Source of the DNA: Styela clava
Lineage: Eukaryota
Reading direction: 5' to 3'
DNA: 64,000 nucleotides
NCBI RefSeq assembly: GCF_964204865.1
Contig: NC_135261.1
Coordinates: 4,526,001-4,590,000, forward strand
Position numbers and translations under genes: made by a program. This document shows, one piece after another, positions 14,094-26,430 of the stretch; within the stretch, counting starts at the first letter, position 1; each line of letters begins with the position of its first letter. Below the pieces are notes generated by a model. It worked only from the letters and a program-made list of their open reading frames with translations. It made no database searches and was not told where the DNA came from.

Positions 14094-14823
14094 CTTGATT
14101 GTTTATTAGGAATGACTTAAATTTTTCGCTATACGTTGTTCACTCGCTCTATGAGACTATATATTTAATATTCAGCTATCTCAAGTATCAAATTATAGTT
14201 GCTGAAACTTTTTTTTTCATACGTGTTTTAGAATCATTGTTTTTTGCGAAGACCAGGCACATTTTATAATTAATTCGACTTTCGCATGAATGTTACATGA
14301 ACGCGATGTAAAAAGATTAAATGTTTTTTTTTTGAGAATTTATTTTATATAATTCAATTTCTATGCTGCACGATATTTAATCACTCTTTAAAACTATGGC
14401 TTTCAAAACTTTATATTTTTTTCTGAGCGTCCTACAATCTCTGTCATAATCTGACCTCCCTTTTTTAATTAATACAATTTCCCAAAATGAAATTTTTAAT
14501 CCTGTTTATGGTTTGCTCAATTTTAAATTTTTCGGCGAAAGTTCAGAATGTTGACAAAACAAAGTCAATCTAGATTAAATTTTTTGTTCCTGTTTAAATA
14601 ATATTCAGATAGGAGGTTTCAAAATATGATGTTTGTTTATGTTTGTAGTTAGGTGCGAGCTAGGTCATTGGTTTACAATCTTTTTAAAAAAAAAATAAAT
14701 TACGGTCGCAAAATTGAAAGACTAATATGAAAGACTAATATAAAAGAAAGAGAGATTTCTGCGCTAGTTTGTCTTGAGCAAGGTTTTGAAATCGTGGCGT
14801 GGCGTCGTCAGTTTTAAAACTCT

Positions 14824-15840
14824 GAGCTGTACAGCACGTAAGACGGCAGGGGCAAAGTGTCTGTTAATTTGATTAATATTGTTGCTTTTTCAACGTTAAA
14901 TTGCTCAAATTTAATCAACTAGAAACGGAACTTTTGCAATACGTAATTAATGAGGAAAAGTTTTCACGCTGTGGAACTTCCCACATATAAAACTATTATT
15001 GAAAAACACTTCAAGATAAATAAGCAATTAATTTACCAGAAAATAAACTTATAGGTTTTTGTTAAAAAAAAATATCGGGCCCAGGAAATTTTTAGGCGAC
15101 CCATAGGTTAGGAAAGATTGAGCTACGTCCCACGAAGGCGTCATCAGTATTAGTACTCTGGGCTGAACCGCCCGTATTAAGGCAATGTCAAAGTAGACAG
15201 TTAATTTGATTAATATAGTTGCTTTCAACGTTAAATTCCTCAAAAATAATTAACTAGAAACGAAACTCTGGCAATGTGCAATTAATGAGACAGGGTATTT
15301 TTTTTGAGCTGAACAGCACGTATGAAGGCAGTGGCAAAGTTGAAGCTGTCAGTTTGATTAATATCGTTGTTTTAAACGATAAATTGTTTTTAAAAATAAT
15401 TAACTAGAAACGAAAATCTGACAATGTGCAATTAATGAGGCAGGGTCTTTTTTCATTATCCGACATAGCTTAATCAAAAATGCAGTCGTGAGAAAATTTG
15501 ACAAGAAACGAAACTCCTGCAGGGTGTAATTAACGATGCAGGGTATTTTTTTTGAGCTGAACAGCCCGTATTAAGGCAGTGGCGAGGTTGAAGCTGTCAA
15601 TTTGATTAATATCGTTGCTTTCAACGATAAATTGTTAAAAAATATTTAACTAGAAACGAAAATCTGACAATGTGCAATTAATGAGGCAGGGTCCTTTTTC
15701 ATTAGCCGACATAACTTAATCAAAAATGCAGTCGTGAGAAAGATTGACAAGGAACGAAACTCCTGCAGGGTGTAATTATTGATGCAGGGTATTTTTTTAT
15801 TAGTCGACATAAATTAATGAAAAATGCAGTCGTAAGAAAA
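14824..15840. repeat. Composite tandem repeat: ~247-bp unit x2 (15305-15797) plus partial units
   Basis: gagctgaacagc.cgta..aggcagtggc....gtttgattaatat..ttgctttcaacg.taaatt...aactagaaacgaaa occurs 4 times; cgacata..ttaat.aaaaatgcagtcgt occurs 3 times. Confidence 0.9.
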
Positions 15841-17112
15841 GACAGCAATGTTAATATACTAAAAACAGATACGGGTAAAAACAGAGCGGGCCATATCCCA
15901 CTGCAACCTTATCGGCAGTGGTGTGTCTCCTACTTTCGTATGCTTCGCGCTTATTTCTAATGTAAATTATAAAATTTAGCTCGTAATGCTATTAATGTAA
16001 AATTAGTTTATTTGTTATTTTTTGTATTGAAAAGGCTTCCTATTTGCCCATTTTTCTTATCACTACCCAGATTGGGCCTCCGCTATCCCCCGCAATAGTT
16101 AATGCCAGTCTTGTCTGCGAATGCACCTATAGAACCTGTTTGAAACTAAGAGACAAGCAAAGTTCAAAAAATAGAAGTTGATTTTTTGAGTTTCGTCTGT
16201 GGTAGCACAAAAGTCAGGCCAAAGCCAAAGCGTATGTAAACTAATCCGAGACAATTTTATTGAAATCAATTATTTATGTTAATTACTTTAATAACATCTT
16301 TACTTGTGTATATAAAGGTGCTCGTATATAGAGCCAGTTTTGAATTGACAATCTTGATGAAATGTTCTGTATGTAGTGGTTTGGTCCCTTCCTGGGACTT
16401 TGGAACTCATGAGCCCCATGTTCATCCATCCAGCGGTATTTTGATTGGTAGATTCCGAATCCGATTATTTTCAAACAATTCATGCTCAACAAGGGGAAAA
16501 CACCCTGTGAATTAACCTTATCAAGGAATGAAACTAGGAAAAACGGTGAGTTTTTTTAAAGTGAAAAGTAAAATAAGTTTTGCGTCTAGAATTGTGGCCA
16601 CTCAATTACTCTGTTGGGGGCCACGGGCCCTTTGCTATTAAGGAATTTCAAATGTGGTTGACCTCATTTCACCACCACCTTGTATGCTTAATTATGTTAA
16701 TCGCTTTATTTACATCTCCCCCTTTGTATAACCCACAAACCATATGTCACTGTTTTAATAAATTCTTTAAATATATTATTCCAACCAAAATAGAGCCATA
16801 TACGTAAGATTTTCTAATTATACTCTAAGCAGAATAAATATATTTTAGTGTTATGAATAATCATAAACAAGGGGTTCCTTGAGACGAAAATAAATTGTCG
16901 TGCATATAATCAGGTGTTAAGTATATTTATACGAATGGTACGTGCATTTTCGCGCATTAATTTCCGTGATTTAGAAATGCTAATTCGCATATTTACGAAT
17001 CTTCATGAACCTACCACACGCTAAACACCACTCATAATGTAATAAAATTGGGCAACGCCGATCCGGAATTACTCCGTACTTACACACTGAATATACTTGC
17101 CTAATATAAGTA

Positions 17113-17338
17113 AATACGTATAATAAGAATAAAAAAGAAACTAATCGAAAATAAATCATGAACTTTTTTGTAATTTTTCCATAGGATACTTACGTTATTT
17201 GATCGGAGCGAAACCATGAACGGCGGAAAAATACGTATAATAAGAATAAAAAAGAAACTAATCGAAAATAAATCATGAACTTTTTTGTAATTTTTCCATA
17301 GGATACTTACGTTATTTGATCGGAGCGAATCCATGAAC
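17113..17338. repeat. Near-perfect 117-bp tandem duplication
   Basis: 17113-17221 is almost identical to 17230-17338. Confidence 0.95.
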
Positions 17339-17606
17339 AAGCAGACATTGGATACGTTAGTTAGCAGCTACTAACATTTGAAACTCGGGTAAGGTGGTAG
17401 GCATGGGTTTTGAACCCGAGATCTGTCACCTGCGATACCAACGTGGTTAAGTCTGCCAACTTAAAACGCTAAACCACCGGTTCGTGATAGAGGTTAAGAT
17501 TTGAATTTAATATCGGGCGCAATACTACCACCTAGTTTATTAGTTCAACATAACAATTTTATTGACTGTTGTAATTTTGTCACAGAATATACCTCTGTTC
17601 ATTGTG

Positions 17607-17802
17607 CATAGTGTCCATAAATCCCTTTACAATTTTAATTTTGTTATGATGTCATTTCTCAATATATTTTAAGCATGTTTTTTAATCAGTACTTTAGGTA
17701 TTTCCATTTCATTCAATACATCTGTGAAAACCAAAACAATATATGGTATCGATGAATACCTTTGCAATTTAACAATTTTTTTGAGATTCCATGAACACCC
17801 TA
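17607..17802. mobile_element. Tc1/mariner-type MITE family F, reverse orientation
   Basis: Reverse complement of the 353-559 sequence. Confidence 0.75.
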
Positions 17803-19106
17803 TATTGCTGTTTATTGTACATGTGTTTCCAGTTTAAAAATTGCGCTCATGTACATAAATACGTGAAAAAAATCTTTCCCGTAATTATAAAAATAACACA
17901 ACATTATTCACGACCCCTATTCCTAATTTATAAATAAAACAATTCCAAGTACTTGTTGTGATGGAAATAATCAATTTGTATATCTATTGATCTTGGCGCT
18001 AACAATGAACCACACTTCCTAACTATGATTGATCGCTTGTGGAATATAGCACAAAGTGAATAATGTTATAATTTTAGCGCGAACGTCTATTTATTAATGT
18101 GAGTAATGTCGCGCTTTTGTCTGCATGTTAAATAGGATTGATATCAGTGACTTCCCTTCACCCCCGGAGCTGAACCCCTTCCCCCTCTAAAATTTCAATT
18201 CTAGTTCCTCCTTTTCTGGTGTGACGCCATACTTTAATTCCTAACGTATATGAGGAATGAATTTGAAAATACAGAAAGTGGCTCATATGCCGGTGAAGAT
18301 AATCAGTCAATCAAATATATAACACATATTTATACTTTACAAATAGTTTTATCTCTATAAACAAAATATTTATCACGCCCTAAATTTGGAAACCCCACTG
18401 AAATGAAAATGCCTGGGAACATACTGGTTGATATGTTATGGCGAGAATATACTTTTTACAAGAATTTTCGAATTCAAAATTTTACACCTATATAGCATAG
18501 AGCTCAACTACTAAAACTTACTGAAACTTACCGCGTCTGTGAGTACTTTCGTCTGTTCAATTAATTGGAAAGGCGCCCTTCGCAAGACTACCCAATTACT
18601 CCACTGATACCAATTTTTCAAAAAATTCCCGTCTGTCTGCATGTTTAATTAATTGGGAAGGCGACCTTTTGCAAGAATACTCAATGGATATAACGACCAA
18701 TACCAGTTTTGCAAGAAAGTTCATACTCAGAGTTTTATGCGTAAAATTAGGATAAGTTACCATTTTGATCCTGGGAGATAAGAAAGCCGAGGGGGTGGTT
18801 TACTCATATGACGTATCACGGCCTCTCGGTTACCAGTCCATGTCGAATATGGGATTAGTTGGCCTGTTATTTGTTTCAGATGCATAGATTTGATATACAT
18901 TTGCGTAACATATGGTCTAATGCAGCTACAATCACTAAAATTATTGATCCAATCTAATGCTTGTTATACAGTTACATAAATTAACCACGATCTTAACTCT
19001 CAAAGAGTCTTTCGCGGAGTCTCCAGGTCGAGTCCTTTAATTCAACTCAAATATTTTTAAACTGGGTGGGTGTCGAGATATAGTACACCAATTCCACTCA
19101 ATTTTG

Positions 19107-19216
19107 GGTGCTCCTGAGGTACGAGCACCAAGATGTCGCATAACCTGAACCCTAACCTGGTACACAACCTGAGTTCAGGTTGTGCGCCATCTTGGTGCGC
19201 ATACTTCAGAAGGTCC
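19107..19216. mobile_element. Merlin-like mini-MITE family C (~110 bp hairpin)
   Basis: Perfect TSD caattttg; arms CACCAAGATG(T/G)CGCA.AACCTGAAC. Confidence 0.88.
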
Positions 19217-20920
19217 CAATTTTGATTTGAAATAGGGGTCGCAAACAGATTTTTAAACGGGAACAGAGGTCGTTGAAATTTTTATATTTTGGAAGGACGC
19301 GCAAGCCCTAAAGTTTGGGAAGCTATGGTTCAGCTTACATTTCGAGTCTTTTAAAAAGATAATCCTGTTGTTCAGCTGAAACCTTAACGATTACCAATGT
19401 GCTTTGCTACATCGATTGTACGGTTTGAGCTGTCCATGAGTTTCATTTTGATACACAATGTGTTGAAAAGTTAGAAATTAAACTGTTTGACAAATCACCT
19501 CTCATGCAGGTTGCGATAAAAATGTCTTCGTATAATTTATTCATTTGTTCCGCTGGGACCTTAATTATTACCGATATGAATTGTACGCCGGTGGCGGCAG
19601 AAGAATGTTAGAAAGTTTAAAATTAAAATGTAGTACCTAGTACCCAGGTGTGATAAAAACTGGTAAACATATTTTATTAATTTTATTCATTTGAATTTTT
19701 ATTTTAAATCAATGTGATTTCTTGAATTAAAGAAATTGATGCGAGAATTAGGGCTCAATGAATTGTGTTTAAATACTCGGATTGACATTTTGCGTTAAAA
19801 TTGTTTACAAATAGATTGATTGTCTGTTTTGAATGCGGCTTCCCGTCTCTGAAGTTGCACGAATGAAATGTGGGCGAACTTGAATTAATTTCGTAGAAAA
19901 ATTAAGTTTTAAACTCAAAGACTTGGATCGGGATACTCGATTTTGTTCTATTTACCATAGGTCATTTGTTTTAAATTTAGCTTTTTTATGTGAAAAATCA
20001 ATTAAAATTTATCGTTTGTTTGGAAATTGACTTCCTCTCATAGAGAAGTATGCTGGAAGGCACGATTTCATGTTGTTAACGACTGAATGTGGGCGAACAT
20101 GATTGATTTTCTTTTTTGACATATTGAGGTAAAATGTTAAAAATTGGAAGGCCAAAACCGCATGTTTATTTTACTTTGACATAATCCTATTTATTGTCAC
20201 ATCATCTCGAGTACAAATCCCGCATTGTTACAGCCAAAAAGTAGCTGACCACAGTCGGTTATAGGCAAACAACCCTGCTAATAATGAAGTGTTTAGCAAT
20301 TTTCTATTATATAATTATCCAAACTGTGCCCTCCTAAGCAAACTTTGAAAAGGTGACAAATAAAGATTAAAAGATACCAAGCCGGTATGAAAAAGATCTT
20401 TTGAAACCAATCTTTTTCGCATTTTTTGTCGTGCCATCCAGAGAAAATATTTACACCATTTAAAACTCTGATGAGACGAGACTCTAAAATATATCGCGCT
20501 TATTTTGTTCATATTTTCGTTTATGCCAGACGATAATAAATATTCACATACATTTGAAACCTTGCTAGGAACATACAGAAATTTAAGCTCTACTTTAAAA
20601 ACGAGAACACGTTTTCTGATAAAAATAACTCATTGCAGGCACATGCTTATTCCGTCCAATAGTATCTATATTAATATGCACGCTGAATAAATAATAGATT
20701 TACGGCATAGTTACACATCAGTTGTGAATAAGTCTCAGGTAGACAGATTCGAAATTTACAATAGAAATAATATTATAGAAATATGTTATCTGTATCTATT
20801 AATGTACGACCGGTGATAAAAGTACAGTTTTTCGTGGATAACGTCAAATCAGTGAACTTTGCGCCTTCGCCCAGATGTAGGCTTTGCATCAGTTCCTACT
20901 TTCATTAATGTGTTAATAAG

Positions 20921-21102
20921 GGCTCCATTACATTTGAACCCACGTACATTTGAAACCACGACAATTGCACCTGCATACTATTGCATCTATGATATATTTT
21001 TTTGTTTTGCGGATATTTGAACCCATACTAACCCGTGGGTTTTAGCACCAGCATATAGATTGAACCCGCGGATATACACATGGGTTCAAATGTACGGTCA
21101 CC
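20921..21102. mobile_element. MITE family E
   Basis: Same structure; TSD gttaataag/gttattata. Confidence 0.85.
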
Positions 21103-21394
21103 GTTATTATACGTGCAAGACAGGGTTTCCTAAACTGGTTCTTAGGCTTGTCAGAACGGTTCCGCGGCAGCTGCGAGCAAATGTATTTACTATGTCGCCA
21201 ACCCCTATCTGCGATGACTACATTAATTCGAATTAAATAGACTTAATTTTTTTTTTAAATTCTTTGGCAGAATGCAATCATTCTTTGTCTTTTGTTTGTT
21301 GGTTTCAATAGTTGGTTTTTGTTGAGAGTCTCTACAAGGGACCTACGGACATTGGAAATTTGAGAACAAATGGTGTAGGAAGTTTGCTGTTATT

Positions 21395-21680
21395 CCTCCA
21401 TATGCAATTCAAGAGTCTTGCTGCATAAATGTATTTCTGTAACGTTTCGTCTGACCAAAATCAGACTTCCTCAGACAAGCAGTTTCGATTGTTGTAGACA
21501 GATTGTCTGAGAAAGTCTGGTCAGACGAAACGGTAAAGAAATACATTTGTGTTAGTGTGCAACAGGACTCTTGAATTACATAGTATGGTATTTTTTTGCC
21601 ACATCATCCTTGCATTATACGCATATGGATCCACTAGCGCAAAGACATTGAGAAAGAATTGGGAGTTAGTCTCGCGCAAC
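21395..21680. mobile_element. Foldback/palindromic repeat family D. Other pieces at about 970-1135, 28420-28585, 28935-29125, 31666-32350, 37765-37845, 38020-38260, 38465-38742, 41200-41295, 41865-42005, 49765-49865, 50420-50550
   Basis: Arms ATTCAAGAGTCTTGCTGCACACTAACACAAATATATTTCTGTAACGTTTCGTCTGACCAA...TTGGTCAGACGAAACGTTACAGAAATACATTTGTGTTAGTGTGCAGCAAGACTCTTGAAT, plus outer arm GCTACAGCATCCTTGCATTAT..GGATCC..GTTAGTCTCGC. Termini and TSD not resolved. Confidence 0.8.
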
Positions 21681-22270
21681 CTTTGCTGATAATTCCTTCA
21701 GATATTTCCGAATTTATCACAGATTACACTTGAAGATTTTAAATGCTGTCACCGCGTAAATACGCGACTACGTACATCTGCTTGACTGCAGCCTTTTGTG
21801 GTGCAAACCTAACTCAAATTTATTCAACTTTTTAGCGATGTAACCGCATTTGTATTAGCGACGTAGGATGCGGTATTTAAAATGACGATTAAAGTGGAAT
21901 ATTATCAGATTATCTCGTGTACGTGGGAGAGAAACATGATCTATAAAGCATTAGTGAAAAGATCTTAGTTTGACATTTGATCCAGGAAAGTGTATGAATG
22001 TCGCAAAGCGATTATAAAATCAGGCAGTGTGAAATTTTAGACATGAGTGGCTATGTGTTATAAATACGGAATAGCTAGATCAGGGACGGGTTCCGGGGGA
22101 CCTAAATGAGCAAAATATTTGTGTTCGATTTCATGTATGTGGGTTTGTTGCTTAGTTTGATGATTTGATAAATAATAATACAAACATTTAACTTTTACTT
22201 GGCCTTTAATTTTTTCACGATGTTTACATTTTGAGTTACTTACAGGGTAAGTAGAGTAAGAGTACTCGTA

Positions 22271-22440
22271 CAGGGCAGTAGCTAGGCTGGGTTGCGGGTA
22301 GGAACCCTTCTTTTTGGAATGTAAAAAAATTTGTATCATACATAGAGGACTTTGGAAAGCTTTTTAGATCCTCAAAACTCTCTAAAAACTAACAGTTAGA
22401 AATTTCGAACCTATTTTGTAAATTTGTGGCTACGTCTCTG
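22271..22440. mobile_element. MITE with (C)AGGGGCGTAGC-type ends (PIF/Harbinger-like); relatives at about 26300-26380, 56514-56694, 56966-57080
   Basis: cagggcagtagc ... gctacgtctctg; shared aatgtaaaaaa..tgtatcat.catag core. Confidence 0.5.
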
Positions 22441-24019
22441 TCGTGAGATATCAGTAGATTGTGTAGGGTATTGTTCAGCGCGGAATGCGCAAGTGAGCGT
22501 CCCATAAAATCACCTTTTGTATTAACTATAAATATGTCAAAATTAACGCAATCCTACAACTAATTATATCTAAGAACAATGTTACCACACAAAAATAGGT
22601 GTGTGAGACGTCATTCTATACCACCCTGTGTGACTAAATGCAAATATAAAGCTGTCTGATTGATGGTCATATTTGCAAAATAATATATGATAGATTAATG
22701 TCATGAAAATGCAGATAACCTCTTTTAAAAAATATTGCTACAATTGTCTTACAGTCTCTGGAGGTTGAAGGGCATCATAGTAATATATTCTAGATAGTAT
22801 AATCTAATCTACAAGATTTCCAAAAGTTTTGACTCGATTAAATAGAGATAACAATTAAAAAAAATTTCGACTTCGTTTATTAATAGTTCTTATTGTACTT
22901 GTAGTTCTCATTTATCATACAATAAAATTTATTTAAACTTACAATTGCTATAAAAATGAGCGACATTTTTGGACACCCTGAACTTATTTTTATTTGGTAA
23001 CATCGTTCCCAGATACGCAAAGGTAAAGCTATCTGAGTTTCATGTTTGCAAAATACTGTACTCTACAGTATAGAAAATTAATGGATGTGGAAAACAGATT
23101 ACGGTACTTCATTAAGCAAAATATTCCTACAAGCTTTAGATATTAAAGGGCATCACAGTAGTATACTACAGTATATATAATCTATTTAAAACACAAGTCA
23201 ATTTACATATGAAATGTTTTAGTGTTTTTCCAGATACAGCTACAACTGTTAGTAATTTAAAAGCATTAATCGGCATCTTGTATTGGCATAATCTTTTTCA
23301 CTCACGCTGTAGCAATATACCAAGTTCACGAACTTTTTATCAAGTGCCCGGGGCCAAAGCTGGTCGGTGCGGTATCAGAATCTTTATTTTAAGTCGTTTG
23401 AGGACGAAATACAGCATGTTGTGGTTTCACGACGTTTGTGACGTCATAACTGATGGTATAAGATAAATTTAATCTCTGAAAACTTTTTATACAGTGTGAT
23501 GCAATAAAACTCATAAATTTATTACTTCTGTGGTAACCTAAGTTTAGTTATTACTTTACAGACAAATCCATCCTCAAATACTAGACTTCACTTCACCTAA
23601 CGTTAGCAGCACCTCAAAGCAGTACATGAGTACACAATGAAAGGATAAAGAACCAACAAAACATGACCCACATAAAATAAGCCGAGTATGATTCAGCGGA
23701 TAAATTACTGTTGCCAATAAACAGATAGGTTAGGAATACCAAAATATGCAATACGAATTATATAAATTACCACAACTTTTTCTGTGATAATAGAGAAAAA
23801 TTAAATAAAACTCGAACTTCTGTTTGTGTATGATTGTACCAGAACATTTCAGTAATCAAGGAAGCTTTGCCCAAAAGTAATGTTCACTCTTGATTTCTAG
23901 AATATGTCCCAAATGCACAGGGCTCTGTTTTTGAATCATCCTGCATAATATATGATCTTAAAAACTGAATTATATCTTTGGAATATTTCCTATTTTAAAT
24001 GACAAGACCATCCTTAATG

Positions 24020-24233
24020 GGTACTCCCGTTGTATATGTACCAGGTTAGGGTTAGGCCATAATTTTATTCCGATTTTCCTTATTTTCGTTCTATTACGAG
24101 TTCGGGGACTGTTTGTGTTAGCCAAGTGAATATACGCCCTGCCCATAGGTTTCCGTCCTTTTACACAATTTCATGTAAAGTAGGCGAACAAAATTACTTA
24201 CTTCCATATTGGTACACATACTTCTGGAGCGCC
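24020..24233 (-). mobile_element. Merlin-like MITE family A between ~220-bp direct repeats
   Basis: Full-length copy with no 8-bp TSD; flanks 23794-24019 and 24234-24451 are homologous. Confidence 0.9.
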
Positions 24234-24589
24234 GGAAAAATTAATAAAACTTGAACTTCTGTTTGTGTATGATTATAACCAATAGTTTAAGTAATCAAGC
24301 ACGCTTTGCACATAAGTTATGTTCTCTCTAGAATATGTCCCAAAAGTCCTGAATTCTGTTTTTTAGATCACCCTGTATAATATATACTGTTAAAAATTAA
24401 ATGATATTTTTATATTATTTGCAATTTCAAATGACAAGACTATCTTTAATGTTATTTTGAATAATTACCATCACAGCGCTTCAACTCTACTTGAGGAATG
24501 TATACTCTGTTGACCTATCGCGTTTATTATAGAATAGAATTTCAGTTTCACATGAAAAACCTCGATTAATTAATCTAGTGTAACACGCC

Positions 24590-26430
24590 AATAGGAGTTC
24601 CTGTTTTAGGCCATTAAATATGATTTGCAATTGAATATAATATTTTAGACTCCTCTGTACTAATGCTAACTATAAATTTAACCTGAAAATTTGAGTTGTT
24701 ACCTGTGATATGAAACATAAACCATTCAAGCTATATCCCTGGCCTGGTGTGGCCATTAATATTCGCAAGTTGAGAATGATTCTTGCTCATGATAGCATAT
24801 TTCATATTCCTGCGTACTTTCATATAAAATGTAAATTTAACCTGAAATTTATAGTTATCACGGTCATATTCAAACTAAAATATAACAGAAATTTACTACA
24901 TGTTTCTCGAATGACGTAAATGTTTATGTTGTATTTTTAAATCGATACAAGTTCCTGTTTTAGGTCATTAATCATGATTTGCTATAAAACATAATGTTCG
25001 GATTTCTGTGTACTTGAATACAATATGTAAATTTAACCTGAAAATTTGATTTTTTACCTGTGATATTCAACATAGACCAATAGTTCTCAATCTTTTATTG
25101 CCTGTGGCTTCCTTTCAGAGTCTTTTAGCACTCATGCCCCCTGTTTATTATTCTAGCGGTATTTATAGTGTTATTTTGATTGTTAGATTCCAAATCCCAA
25201 TATGATCAAACAATTCAAGCACAACAAACACCCTCTAAAATAACCTTATCAAGCAATGAAATGAGGAATAACAGGGAGTTTTCTTTTGCAGGGAAAATTA
25301 AAATCACTTTTGCGCCTAGCACTCTGCCCCCTCCCTCCTCGCTAATTGATCTGTGATCCCATTAAGGTGCCACGGGCCCCAGGTTGCAAACCGCTGCCAT
25401 TGACCATTCCGCCTCCAAGACTCAAGTATTATGCCTGGCCATGCTTGACAATTACATTTCGCAAGTTACGGATGCTTCTTGTTCATGATAGGATATTCCA
25501 TATTCCTGCGTACTTTTATATAAAATGTAAATTTGACCCGAAATTGTGAGTTATCGCTAGTGGTATTAAAACTCAAATACTCTAAACAAGACGAAGTAGT
25601 CACTCACGTAAATGCTCATGTTTATTTATCAATTCAAAAAAATTTGCAAATGTCAAGAAAGTAAGTATTGCAAAGTAAAAATGTTAGCAGCAAATCAGAT
25701 TCGAGATCTGAAGAATAGTAGTAACGCCGACTTGTAATTGATTTCTTTGCAAAAAGATTTACTGTTTATAAAACAAGAACAGAAATTCCATCTTAGGTAT
25801 TTAGGAATTTACTTTCATTCCAGGAATTTATTTTTTGCCAATATTGTTCATAAAATGTAACTCCTGCGTCACAATTACATGGCCCGCCCGTCTAGGTGGG
25901 CAAAATTTGTGGCCCCAGGTCCAAAAACCTCGCTCACCCCTGTCCACACGGTTCCAACCTTCCAGTTTTCCACGGAATGTGTTTCAGTAAGCAACATTAT
26001 GGTCGCTATAGTAGCGCTAACCGGAACACAAGATTATGCCTGGCCATGTTTGAGGATTTACTTTCTCAAGTTGCGTATGACATGTCTATAATTATTTGCA
26101 ATTTGAGCAACACTTCTCAGAAGTAAGAAGTGCCCTGCGTGTAGTAATTAAACTAATTAAATCAAAGCTGAGCGTTTATATTCCCTTCGTACGGATGAGA
26201 TCGGACTACCAGATTAAAAGGTGGATAATTTTAAAGTAAATTAGTTCTGAATGCAGATTTGGACGGAATAGACATATCGTTAGACAAGGTCTTAACCAGT
26301 ACTGGTTGAGGATAGAAACCCTCTCCCTCAAATGTAAAAAAACATTGCATTGTGTATAGCGTACTTAGAAACGCTTTTTATTATGCCTAGCCATGTATAG
26401 CAATTTACTTTCGCAAATTGCGGATGACAA
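24590..26430. repeat. Decayed tandem array interrupted by MITEs
   Basis: ttatgcctggccatg..tga..attt.ctttc.caagtt.cg.atga at about 24735, 25429, 26035, 26381; agttcctgttttagg.cattaa...tgatttgc at 24596 and 24950. Confidence 0.7.
25078..25398. mobile_element. hAT-type MITE; relatives at about 16380-16630 and 57562-57770
   Basis: caatagttctcaatc ... ggttgcaaaccgctg; shared internal aaccttatcaa..aatgaaa.taggaa. Confidence 0.6.

Noticed and set aside
24735-26430. Spaced ~45-bp repeats as a CRISPR-like array
   Set aside because: Spacing is irregular (350-700 bp), repeats are degenerate, intervening DNA is partly homologous, there are no cas genes and the context is eukaryotic.
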